Below are positions 48,087 through 58,071 of a stretch of DNA of 64,000 nucleotides, one piece after another (the stretch's first letter is position 1; the number at the start of each line of letters is the position of its first letter). The notes under the pieces were generated by a model that saw only the letters and a program-made list of their open reading frames with translations, had not been told where the DNA came from and did not search any database. Where the stretch lies: NCBI GenBank assembly GCA_000165345.1, contig CM000435.1, positions 640,001-704,000 on the forward strand, written 5' to 3'. Position numbers and translations under genes: made by a program.

Positions 48087-49028
48087 ATGTGTCTAAGCGG
48101 AGAACATTCAGGTGCTGCATTGTACAAAGTAAATTCCAGTTTAAGTAATCGAAAAAACATTATTATTCACCCAATTGTGCTTTTATCAATTGTAGATCAT
48201 TATAATAGGATTGCAAAGGGTACTTCAAAAAGGGTAGTTGGCACATTGCTAGGAGAACTTCATGATGAAGATGGAATTCACGTTACAAATAGTTACGCTT
48301 TACCTTTTGAGGAGGATTCAAGGGACCCAATGGTTTGGTATCTAGATCACAATTATCATGAACAAATGTATTTAATGTTTAAAAAGATCAATACAAAAGA
48401 GAAAATCATTGGTTGGTACAGCACTGGCCCCAAAACCAAGGTTGTTGATATCGATATACATGAGTTATTTAGAAAATATTGCCCTGACCCATTATATTTA
48501 ATTGCTGATGTAACTGCGGATGATTTTGAATATTTGTCAAGTCCAATTAGCGCTTATTTTTCAATGGACGAACCCAATAGTGTCTTAAAGAAAAAGTTTG
48601 CGCATGTTCCATGTACGATTGGCGCATTCGAAGCAGAGGAAGTTGGTGTGGAACACCTATTGAGAGACCTTAAAAATACGTCAACCTCTACTCTTATTAC
48701 GCAAATTTCAGATACAATTAACTCTTGTAAAATACTTGTCTCTAAATTAAAAGAATCCAAAAACTATTTGAATGATATAGTTGAAGGTAGGATACCTCCA
48801 AATCACAGCATTATTTCTGTCCTTCAAGATATTTTTAACTTGCTTCCAGACTTGAGAGAGCCAGAAGCGATTTATGCATTTTCAAATAGGTATGCGGATA
48901 TGATTCTAACAATATATGGGATGAGTTGCTTACGTTCTGTGCTTTCTATGAATGACCTAGTCAATAATGTTTCCGAGAATAGGACAGCCTTTGAAGCGAG
49001 TATGAAAACTTGTAACTCTGATTTATAG
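48087..49028 (+). CDS. RPN8: 26S proteasome regulatory subunit RPN8 (PSMD7), MPN domain
   Basis: IIIHPIVLLSIVDHYNRIAKGTSKRVVGTLLGE...VWYLDHNYHEQMYLMFKKINTKEKIIGWYSTGPK...AEEVGVEHLLRDLKN aligns almost residue-for-residue with PSMD7 (VVVHPLVLLSVVDHFNRI...[34 protein letters not shown]...AEEVGVEHLLRDIKD). Start set to the ATG at 48087; an earlier in-frame ATG at 48048 is possible. Confidence 0.85.
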   Translation: MCLSGEHSGAALYKVNSSLSNRKNIIIHPIVLLSIVDHYNRIAKGTSKRVVGTLLGELHDEDGIHVTNSYALPFEEDSRDPMVWYLDHNYHEQMYLMFKKINTKEKIIGWYSTGPKTKVVDIDIHELFRKYCPDPLYLIADVTADDFEYLSSPISAYFSMDEPNSVLKKKFAHVPCTIGAFEAEEVGVEHLLRDLKNTSTSTLITQISDTINSCKILVSKLKESKNYLNDIVEGRIPPNHSIISVLQDIFNLLPDLREPEAIYAFSNRYADMILTIYGMSCLRSVLSMNDLVNNVSENRTAFEASMKTCNSDL

Positions 49029-49160
49029 TTGATTATTAGAATATTAAGTATATTTCATTAATGCCTTTTTAACATTTAAATCTTCCTTTTACGCATATTG
49101 GCGCTAATTAACGTGCCACTGTAAAAAGAAATAAATAAGAATAAATGAGTCAAATAGTAA

Positions 49161-51164
49161 ATGTCTAGAGAAACGAGTAAGATCAGGTTTTTATCGCTCT
49201 CAAGGAGGTCATGTTTGAATGATGTAGTAAAAAATTTCATCATTCAATGCAGTAGCCATAGTGACCACGAGATAATTGCAAAGTTTGGAGAAATAAAGGG
49301 GTATTATTCCAGAATGAGCATAAATTTACCAGTTGCATGTGACTGTATTCTTGAACATGGCTCAAGCGATTACAAATTTGAAGAAAAAATTGGAAGAAAA
49401 CAGCAAAGCTATTTGATTGAAAGAATTATCCGAGCAAACAGAGAATCATGGCTGGTTGCAGAAAAAGTAGGCATTGATTTATTCTTCGAGGAAAAATATT
49501 CTAATGGAACAGTTTCAATTGATAACAATGGAGATAAGTCTTCATTTTGTGAACTGAACCTTGGCGAAGTCGTCGTTTATAAACCAAAATCTAAAGTTCA
49601 TTTTACTATTACTGGTATTTCAAGGTCAACGATTGATCAACCTAAATCAGATATTCCATTATCTAGATATAAAAAAAGCGTCATTAGCTGGAACTTTCAA
49701 AGAAAGTCTGGCAGTGCATATCCTTTTTGGGATTTAAAGATAATTAACGTAATAAGCTCCTCTGAAAGAAAGCGCAGAAGGGAAGAGCATTATGATATGC
49801 GCAATGACTTGACTGAAGGAAGTTCGCCAGATAGTTATTCGAAGGATGAAAATGACGACGAGGACGAGTATTGGATGGTTGTATTTTCAGGTAATAAGCA
49901 ACTGATATCCAAACATGTTGATTTATATAATAAAGGACAAATAAATGGACTAGATAGAATTACAAATGAGCTTATATATAATTCATCGCTCATAGCAAAA
50001 TATTTGGATGAAGCAATTTCTAGTAATTCTTGTAATATTTATCCCATAAGCTACTATTACCCAAATTTTTTTGGTGATATTACTACTTCAATTAGAGCAC
50101 ACTACAATATGAAAAAAATACAAAATGCTGATTATTCAATCATAGGGGGTTTGAGAAAGTATAATAATGAGGTAAAAAGAGCATTAATAGATCAATATTT
50201 TGAGAGACAATTGAAATATAGACAAAATAGGCATTTAAGCGTATTAGATTTAGCATGTGGGCATGGGCAAGACATACTTAAATTTAAAGGGAAGAAAATA
50301 AGTCGTCTTATCGGGATAGATATTTCTGCAGAAGAAATTTCTGAAGCAAGGCACCGTTTAAAGAGATACGAAAATTCTTTAAACTTCTCCGTTGAGTATC
50401 ATGTTGGGAATCTGCTTTCGAGAACAACATATTCAAAAATTTTGAAAAACTATACATTCGAAATTATTTCGATACAACTATCAATGCATTATATGCTTAT
50501 CAATGAGGAAACATCACTAGAATTTTTGAGGAACATATCAAACTATCTAAAACCTGGTGGGTTTTTTATTGGTTCTACAATTTCATGCGACCATATATTT
50601 TATTCTATGAAACAAAACTCAGTTAAGATAAACCTTAATGAAAACACCGAAGATGCTAACGATTCAAATGGAAACTTAAATAACACAAAATATGTGAGTG
50701 GAAACTCAATTTATAAAATTTCATTTAGTTGTGATGATTGGGATAAATATTTTTCAGACAATATTGATTTGGAGAGAGGAATCAAACTTTTCAGAACTGA
50801 GTGGGGTATTAAGTACGACTTCTGGTTAATTGAGCATATCAATCAATACGAATATGTTGTGCCTTGGGAGTCATTTTGCGGCCTTGCAAGCAAAGTTGGC
50901 CTAGAGCTTGTCCAGTATTCAGATTTTCCAAGTTTCACTGAATTTACACAAAAAAACTTTCCAAATATTAGATTCTCTAACTGGTTAAATAACCCCAAGA
51001 ATTCTGGGTTAATTACCCAACCTGAAAACGAAGTATTTGGTCTTTATTGTGTGTTCGCATTCAAGAAAATTGAAAATAGTAATATTAATTTAGATGAGCA
51101 AGGGATTACATGTGACTTTCAGTTATCTAAAAATTTGACATCCGGCTTTAAAATTAAGAGATAG
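49161..51164 (+). CDS. ABD1: mRNA cap guanine-N7 methyltransferase (ABD1/RNMT) with ~330-aa N-terminal extension of unknown function
   Basis: The C-terminal half carries the class-I MTase and cap-MTase motifs: LSVLDLACGHGQDILKFKGKKISRLIGIDISAEEISEARHRLKRYE (compare VLDLGCGKGGDLLKW...DIA..SV..C..RY), then IISIQLSMHYML...LKPGGFFIGSTIS. The N-terminal 330 aa show no recognised domain. Confidence 0.75.
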   Translation: MSRETSKIRFLSLSRRSCLNDVVKNFIIQCSSHSDHEIIAKFGEIKGYYSRMSINLPVACDCILEHGSSDYKFEEKIGRKQQSYLIERIIRANRESWLVAEKVGIDLFFEEKYSNGTVSIDNNGDKSSFCELNLGEVVVYKPKSKVHFTITGISRSTIDQPKSDIPLSRYKKSVISWNFQRKSGSAYPFWDLKIINVISSSERKRRREEHYDMRNDLTEGSSPDSYSKDENDDEDEYWMVVFSGNKQLISKHVDLYNKGQINGLDRITNELIYNSSLIAKYLDEAISSNSCNIYPISYYYPNFFGDITTSIRAHYNMKKIQNADYSIIGGLRKYNNEVKRALIDQYFERQLKYRQNRHLSVLDLACGHGQDILKFKGKKISRLIGIDISAEEISEARHRLKRYENSLNFSVEYHVGNLLSRTTYSKILKNYTFEIISIQLSMHYMLINEETSLEFLRNISNYLKPGGFFIGSTISCDHIFYSMKQNSVKINLNENTEDANDSNGNLNNTKYVSGNSIYKISFSCDDWDKYFSDNIDLERGIKLFRTEWGIKYDFWLIEHINQYEYVVPWESFCGLASKVGLELVQYSDFPSFTEFTQKNFPNIRFSNWLNNPKNSGLITQPENEVFGLYCVFAFKKIENSNINLDEQGITCDFQLSKNLTSGFKIKR

Positions 51165-51315
51165 CCCTATATTTTCGGTTATTCGCAAAGCTATAATTAG
51201 CGCAATTGATGCGGTACCGCCATCCCCACATTTTTTTGAAATTATATTTCTGAATAATGCTGCAATATAAGCAAATTAATTAATAAATTTCGTGTGACTA
51301 TATAACCCTTTTATT

Positions 51316-53691
51316 ATGCAAAATTCAATAGGAACGATTTATTATAGCCATCCTACTCGAGATTTAGAAAAGGGCGATTGGAATAATGATACAGTAAATA
51401 GTTCAGTAGGTCTACTCTCATTAGAAGAATGTAGAAGTAAATTTAGCAATTTCATCAAAAACTTTAATCAAGGTGGAGAATATATTTACAGAGAGATGCT
51501 AATAAACAATATTTCTATTGGCGAATATACACTTAGACTCGAACTTCACCATTTGAGTATTGATGAGGTTTCTTGCTCAGAAATGGGAGAAAACACTGAG
51601 AATGCAAGTTATGATGGGAACCTTATAGATGGGCAAGAAAATGACTCTGATAATTTTGTTAATGGCGTAAGGACGAGCAATGAATTATGTTGTTTAATTC
51701 AATGTTTCAAGAATGCACCACTAAAATATATTCCAATTTGTGAAGGCGTATTAAAAGAAGTATATTTAGAACTTGTGGGAAAACATAAAAAAGAAATATC
51801 TGAGGAAGAGATTAACGAGATTGTTCCAGATATACAGTTACAAATTGTCTCAAATCAAGAGCCAACCTTAATTAGGGATCTCAGAAGTAATGTTATGGAA
51901 AAACTGGTCACCGTTCCTGGAATAGTTATCCAATCTTCAAAGCCTCAAAAGAAAGCCTCTAAGCTTAAAATTTTATGTCGCCAATGTAAGGGTACCAGAA
52001 ATATAAATATCCCAATTTGGCGTCAAGGTACAATGCTTCCAAGAGTTTGCAATACAACTCCAATAGGAGATGCACCAAAGTGCCCATTGGATCCATATTT
52101 TACTCTTTGCGATGAGTCTGAATACATTGATATACAAAGCATGAAATTCCAGGAACTTCCAGAACACGTTCCTACTGGAGACATTCCTCGTAATATTTCA
52201 CTACATATGACACGCGGACTTATAGACAAAGTGATTCCAGGAAATAGGCTCTATGTTGTAGGTGTGCTTTCTTCCACAGATAAGGAATCATCGAAGGCTC
52301 ATTCTAGCAGTAGAAATGGCTCTCTCAGAACATCCTATTTGTACGTTATTGGCGTAATGAACTATGGGAGTAGTTGGTCAAATAAAAATACAAATACTTT
52401 GATAAAGAACTCATCAATTAGCAACCAATACAATGAAATAGAAGAATTTCGTCGTATTTCATCTTTACCAAATATTCATGAGCTAATTGTTAACAGTATC
52501 GCCCCTGCAATTTATGGGAATGAAACAATTAAACAAGCAATAGCATGCTTACTTTTTAGCGGGAGTTCAAAGTGTCTACCTGATGGTAATAGAATTAGAG
52601 GTGATTTAAATGTTTTGTTGTTAGGAGACCCTTCAACAGCCAAATCTCAACTTTTGAAGTTTGTAGAACAGGTTGCCCCAATATGCATTTATACGTCAGG
52701 TAAAGGAAGTAGCGCCGCTGGTCTTACTGCTGCAATAGTTAAGGATCATGCGAATGGTGTGTATGCACTGGAGGGTGGAGCTATGGTACTTGCAGACGGA
52801 GGGGTCGTATGCATTGATGAGTTTGATAAAATGCGTGATGATGATCGTGTAGCTATTCATGAAGCTATGGAACAACAAACAATAAGTATTGCAAAAGCAG
52901 GAATTACGACTATTTTAAAAGCAAGGTGTTCTATATTGGCCGCTGCAAACCCCACTTTTGGTTCTTATGATGATAGCAAGGACTTAACACAACAACATGA
53001 TTTTGAATCTACGATTCTATCAAGATTTGACCTTATATTTTTATTAAAAGATGAAAAAAATGTTGAAAGAGATAAGCTAATAGCCTCGCATATTGTGGAG
53101 CTGCATTCTGGTATTAAAGGCAAGATTAACGGCGACTGCTCAGAATCTACTAACTCTCTCCAGTTCGAGCAACTGCAAAAGTACATTAATTACTGCAGAG
53201 AGTTTATCCATCCACGTTTATCTCTGGATGCTGCTGCGATACTAGAAAATTTTTATGTCAAAATAAGAGAAGATAACCGTGAAGATACGAACAAAGCAAG
53301 CAAAGATAGAATACCAATAACAGTTAGACAGTTAGAGGCAATCACAAGAATTGCAGAGAGCTTTGCAAAAATGGAAATGCAGAATATCGCAAGCGAGAAA
53401 CATGTCGAGATGGCTATCAAATTATTCAAAAATGCAACAATAGAAGCAATTAAATCAAATATTCTATTACTTGACAATCTATCGCCAGCAGAGCAATCTG
53501 CTATTATCGATGCAGAGGTTGCTATAAAAAATAGGATTCCAATAAAAGCAAGGGCAGGAAAAGCGACAATAGTCAAGGATTTGGCGTTAATTGGATATGA
53601 CCCATATTATTTAACAAAAGCCATGAAGATCCTTATCCAAAAGGGTGACCTGATCGAAAGATCAGATTTTTCTATATTCAGGGTTAAGTAA
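51316..53691 (+). CDS. MCM5: DNA replication licensing factor MCM5
   Basis: Walker A LLLGDPSTAKSQLLKFVEQVAPICIYTSGKGSSAAGLTAAIVKD; Walker B and arginine finger region GGVVCIDEFDKMRDDDRVAIHEAMEQQTISIAKAGITTILKARCSILAAANP; ILSRFDLIFLLKDE; C-terminal IPITVRQLEAITRIAESFAKM. Subfamily-specific residues match MCM5 (EEFRRISSLPNIHELIVNSIAPAIYG compared with [26 protein letters not shown]). Confidence 0.9.
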   Translation: MQNSIGTIYYSHPTRDLEKGDWNNDTVNSSVGLLSLEECRSKFSNFIKNFNQGGEYIYREMLINNISIGEYTLRLELHHLSIDEVSCSEMGENTENASYDGNLIDGQENDSDNFVNGVRTSNELCCLIQCFKNAPLKYIPICEGVLKEVYLELVGKHKKEISEEEINEIVPDIQLQIVSNQEPTLIRDLRSNVMEKLVTVPGIVIQSSKPQKKASKLKILCRQCKGTRNINIPIWRQGTMLPRVCNTTPIGDAPKCPLDPYFTLCDESEYIDIQSMKFQELPEHVPTGDIPRNISLHMTRGLIDKVIPGNRLYVVGVLSSTDKESSKAHSSSRNGSLRTSYLYVIGVMNYGSSWSNKNTNTLIKNSSISNQYNEIEEFRRISSLPNIHELIVNSIAPAIYGNETIKQAIACLLFSGSSKCLPDGNRIRGDLNVLLLGDPSTAKSQLLKFVEQVAPICIYTSGKGSSAAGLTAAIVKDHANGVYALEGGAMVLADGGVVCIDEFDKMRDDDRVAIHEAMEQQTISIAKAGITTILKARCSILAAANPTFGSYDDSKDLTQQHDFESTILSRFDLIFLLKDEKNVERDKLIASHIVELHSGIKGKINGDCSESTNSLQFEQLQKYINYCREFIHPRLSLDAAAILENFYVKIREDNREDTNKASKDRIPITVRQLEAITRIAESFAKMEMQNIASEKHVEMAIKLFKNATIEAIKSNILLLDNLSPAEQSAIIDAEVAIKNRIPIKARAGKATIVKDLALIGYDPYYLTKAMKILIQKGDLIERSDFSIFRVK

Positions 53692-53717
53692 TTTGTCAAT
53701 ACATACCTTTCGGTTTT

Positions 53718-54506
53718 TTATTGTTCATCGTCTGAAGATCGAAATTCAAATTTGTAAGAAACGCCTTGAAAAGGACTAATTGCTGTGCTTTCAGATGAAG
53801 AAACTGTTACATTAGGATAATAATTAGCATCTTGAAAGCTTCCAAGTGAATATAGAGGAAGATTTGAGCTATCTTCCATTATATGAAATGATCCAATGCC
53901 ATTTAATTCTTCTATCTGTATTCTTCTTGCAAGCTCTTCATCCGAGATTTCTGTGCGTAGAATGTTTGACTCACGATTTTCAATCTGCGATATACTTCCA
54001 TGGCATTCAGTATTAGCAGTCTCCATATTAACCGTAGTATCTATGTTTCTTGGTCGCTGGCGCCTGCCTTGGCAATTTTGTCTAGACGAATGGGCAATTA
54101 ATGAATGAGTCCACGACTTGAATGAGCTAATTATCCCTGAACTCTGATTTGAAGTGCTCTTCTTTGGATTCCTTGATCTGTTCATCTTGATTTTGTTTGC
54201 CAAGGAGCCATTCGCATTCTGCGCAGTGTGGTCCGACGAGGAGTTTTCTATAGATGCATTAGTTTTTTCACGAGCTTCCCCTCTTTGTAATGCTAGTTGA
54301 TTAAGGTCTGTATCTAATTCAAAAGATTCAGCTAAATTGCTATTAAATTCATTATCATATCCTGGATACCGGCTATTCATCTCGTGATTCGACCTTTGCG
54401 CTTCCGAAGATGAAGTGGGGCGATTTACTATAAAGTTATTTGAACAATTAACTCTACTAGCGCCTAAGCTTGCATCCTCCTGATTTGATCTAGCCGAAAG
54501 GGACAC
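53718..54506 (-). CDS. hypothetical S/N-rich protein; true 5' end unresolved
   Basis: Minus-strand ORF whose track start is GTG. The first in-frame ATG is ~40 codons downstream (HEMNSRY...). An upstream ATGGCCAAA|GTAAGT...TTATAG motif at 54662-54608 looks like a spliced first exon but is out of frame by +1 as read. The C-terminus has a UIM-like acidic helix SDEELARRIQIEEL. Convergent with MCM5; 26 bp between stops. Confidence 0.45.
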   Translation of the reverse strand: MSLSARSNQEDASLGASRVNCSNNFIVNRPTSSSEAQRSNHEMNSRYPGYDNEFNSNLAESFELDTDLNQLALQRGEAREKTNASIENSSSDHTAQNANGSLANKIKMNRSRNPKKSTSNQSSGIISSFKSWTHSLIAHSSRQNCQGRRQRPRNIDTTVNMETANTECHGSISQIENRESNILRTEISDEELARRIQIEELNGIGSFHIMEDSSNLPLYSLGSFQDANYYPNVTVSSSESTAISPFQGVSYKFEFRSSDDEQ

Positions 54507-54861
54507 CGACCCATCCGTAAGGACCCCCTTTTGATTAAGATATTTTTTCCTTTGTTTATCTCTATATTCGGCTATTTCCGATTCAATATCATAGCTTTGT
54601 TGTAATTCTATAAGCTCGATTCAAGTCGAAAGTTGTAAAAAGTAGCAACTTACTTTGGCCATTATGCATATTTGAATAGCGCGAGGGAGCTATAAATTTA
54701 AGAACTACACGTCGGTATAAGCTAAATATCAAATAAAAAATGAAAAATGATCCGAGTATTTTGCAATATCACGAACTTCCACTTAACAATGTCTTTTCGG
54801 CGGCAATTAATTAGAATCACTGAATTAGAAATGAAGAGAATATTAGTTAAAAACTAGGTTA

Positions 54862-56469
54862 TTATTGGTTAATAGCTATATTATATTTAGTGATACAGCG
54901 CTTTGGGTTTACATAATTTTTGTCCTTCATTATTCTTACTTTACAAACAGATATTGACGTGGATGCACATAGATCTATAGGTAAAAAGTTAGATTGGTTA
55001 GTACTAAATTCAAGTACAGCCGTTTCTGAAGGAGATAGTTGAGGAATGTCCCAAGAATAACTGTTTTTATTTGATTCGAATGCGCCGAGATTTGTGTTAT
55101 ATGTAGATACAAATGTCAAGGGAATATTTAATTTAAAATTAGTTATTGATTGGGAGGGTTCGATTTCGATAGTAACATTTGTATACCCATTTCCTGCGTC
55201 GAGAGGCCAGTAGGAAAAAGAAAATGGAAGCTCAATTTGATTATTCTGGAAGTGGGATGATGGTCTCCATTTAACAAGTGGCATCAGAGTGTTTACTGGC
55301 AGCGTGCAATTTATGCCATCCTTTAATTCCAAGATACCGCAATCTTGGAATTTTTCCTTATTAAGGTTTGGGTGAGTCTTAAATTGAAATCTGGGGTCTT
55401 CAGTTATTGAATACTCAGGAAAGGCTTCTGAAGGCAAAGCAACTTGAAAAGTTCCTTGAATTTCAACTTTAGATTGAATCTTTCCATCAACACTGAGTGA
55501 AAATTCGATCTTCTCCTCAATCAATGAGCAATCATCTTCAGTATACTTAATATCCAGGGTGTTGCATATATTTTCTTTTAATTTAAAATCTGAATGATTA
55601 TCCATAACTTTTGATGGAAGACTAATATTTGGTTTCGATTCTGTGATTGGTTTCTTTTTCCCAATAAGCATCCCTTTTCCTGGAGCGTTCATGGATTGAA
55701 TAGCTGTTGATTCGTTTACAAACATCCCAAAGTTTCGGCTATCTCCCGCTGGATCTGAATTGTTAACTAGATTATTATCGTTCCTCGAAATATTTTTTAT
55801 TGGGCCAATTCCTACAGACTGAGCTATCTTACCGACTCCAACAGATTCTGCGAACGCTGCAATCCCAGATAATGAGGACTTTACAATATTGTTATTTGAA
55901 TTTGTAGATGCATAGTTCGATTGGTTAAATGCCTCATTTGTTACCCTCTCTTTATCGAGCCTATTTGCGATATGCCTTCTGCGTTCTTTTTCTTCATTTT
56001 CCTTGTTCTGCCTTATCAACTTATGCAGCTTTTCTTCTTGAGATTCCATTTCAAGGCACGTTTTTATTTGACTCAAATTTATTGATTCTCTATACCCAAA
56101 AGAAACAATTTCATCAAAGGCGAAAATGACATCAAAGCAATTATTTGCAATTAAATCTTCCGTTATTGGAGGGGGGTTATTACAACAATCGTATAGTACT
56201 TGACAAAATAATTGCAATGTGTCCATATCTTCAATTATATTAGAATTAATGGGTGTCATCAAGATAAGATAAATATTATCGATTGCTTGATATATAAACC
56301 TAATGTTATCGATCTCCATATAGGTATATTCACTGCTTAAGCAAAATTGCTCAATTTTTTTAATAAATCTATTCAAGTAAGCTTCAACATCGCCTCTTGT
56401 CATTTCAACAAATTGTCTTGATAAGAGAATTTTTCTATTACTAACAATTGATGCAGAAAAAACCACCAT
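54862..56469 (-). CDS. COPD: coatomer subunit delta (delta-COP/ARCN1): N-terminal longin domain plus C-terminal mu-homology domain
   Basis: [35 protein letters not shown]...[33 protein letters not shown]...[38 protein letters not shown] aligns with human delta-COP ([33 protein letters not shown]...[33 protein letters not shown]...[38 protein letters not shown]). Start set to the ATG at 56469; the track start at 56499 is TTG. Confidence 0.85.
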   Translation of the reverse strand: [535 protein letters not shown]

Positions 56470-56849
56470 TGTGTACAATGGATACCTTACTATTGTCAAG
56501 CTTACAATATTCTGGTGTCTTTTCTTTGATACCTTACTATTAGATAATATTCTGGAGATATCTTAGCAATTCTACTTTTATAATTTTTGATGTGAGGGTA
56601 AAAAGCCGCATGGCGTAAAGAACGCGCAAATCCACTTGAATGTTTAAATAAATTCAATCTAAAGAATTCTTAAATAGCTTAATTTCGAAGTTTCTGCTCA
56701 AATGCTACAAAAAAATCATGGGTTCGGACTGATTATATTTGATTAAAATAGTATCTTTGATTATTGTTTTTATTTTTCATGGAGTCTTACGCTATACGAC
56801 TTTCTTTCACAGTAAGGTATTTATTTCTCCATAATTAAAACTCATCAAT

Positions 56850-58052
56850 ATGAATACCAAAAACTCGAATAACTCAAGAATCTTTGTTGACGGTGTATTT
56901 GACCTAATGCATGCTGGCCACTTTAATGCGTTAAGGAAAGCAAAGCAATTCGGAAATGAATTGGTAGTTGGTATAAATTCTGATCTTGATTGCTTCAATT
57001 TAAAGGGATGTTATCCTATTTATAACCAGGATGAACGTGGAGAGCTTATGAAAGGCTGCAAATGGGCTGATGAAATTGTTATCGGAACTCCGTACATAGT
57101 TGAGGGGAGCTTACTAAATCAATTAAACTGCGAATTTGTTGCGCATGGCGATGACCTTGTATTATGTTCAGATGGGACTGATCCATATAATGAGCCAAGA
57201 ATATTGGGTAGGTTAAAAATATTTCAAAGAACTGAAGGTGTAAGCACAACTTCAGTTATGACTCGTATTTTTCGTGTTTTGGGCCTAGAACTTGAAGATA
57301 TTCTGCCGTTGAATAAATTTGATAATTCTGGTATGAATGGAAAAGAAAACTTTATTGCATCAAAAATTGACAAATTCCTTGATGGAGATTATTCTCCTTG
57401 CCAAAGTTTGATCTCTGCAAGTAGAGTTTTAAGTTTTGCCTGTGGAATAGCATCTGCAAAGCAAGTATATAACTCAAATCCCAATGTTACGTATATTGAT
57501 GGAAGCTTCGATATCTTTCATATCGGTCATTTGAGATTTCTTGAAAGAGTGAAAAAAATTTTTGGTGGAGTCTTAATAATTGGAATTTATGATGACTCAA
57601 CAGCTCAATTGATTTATGGAGATGGGTTTCCAATACTTAAAATGATGGAAAGAGCACTAACACTATTATCTATGCGTGTTGTGGATGATGTAATATTTGG
57701 AGCTCCAATAAAGATTACAAAAAAACTTATAGAAACTTACAAAATTAATAATGTTGTCTCTTGCAAGATTATAGAAAACTATGTCAGTTCTGAACATCTA
57801 AAAAAAAACAATTTTGATTCAGAAAATTCAGCAGAATACGCATCAAAGCTGGAGGAATTTTGCTATGAAATTCCAAAAAAGATGGGAATATTTTGCAATA
57901 CTACTATTCTTAAAAAAGAAGAAATTTGTACTAACCGTGATATATTTTCACGCATCATGAATAGAAGAGACTCTATCTTGTATGTTATCAAAAAAAGGTG
58001 GGCAAAGGAACTAAGTTTTTATGAAAACGAGGTAAATACTAAGCTACATTGA
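56850..58052 (+). CDS. PCYT2: ethanolamine-phosphate cytidylyltransferase (ECT/PCYT2), tandem cytidylyltransferase domains
   Basis: Two CTP-transferase HxGH motifs, VDGVFDLMHAGHFNALRKAK and IDGSFDIFHIGHLRFLERVK. Intervening conserved blocks match PCYT2 (CKWADEIVIGTPYIV, FVAHGDD). ATG at 56850. Confidence 0.85.
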   Translation: MNTKNSNNSRIFVDGVFDLMHAGHFNALRKAKQFGNELVVGINSDLDCFNLKGCYPIYNQDERGELMKGCKWADEIVIGTPYIVEGSLLNQLNCEFVAHGDDLVLCSDGTDPYNEPRILGRLKIFQRTEGVSTTSVMTRIFRVLGLELEDILPLNKFDNSGMNGKENFIASKIDKFLDGDYSPCQSLISASRVLSFACGIASAKQVYNSNPNVTYIDGSFDIFHIGHLRFLERVKKIFGGVLIIGIYDDSTAQLIYGDGFPILKMMERALTLLSMRVVDDVIFGAPIKITKKLIETYKINNVVSCKIIENYVSSEHLKKNNFDSENSAEYASKLEEFCYEIPKKMGIFCNTTILKKEEICTNRDIFSRIMNRRDSILYVIKKRWAKELSFYENEVNTKLH

Positions 58053-58071
58053 CTAGCTGAAATTTTTAAAA

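Noticed and set aside
47891-48148. 85-aa ORF overlapping the RPN8 start
   Set aside because: It sits in a different frame across the RPN8 5' end and promoter, has no similarity to anything I recognise, and probably starts at a non-ATG codon.
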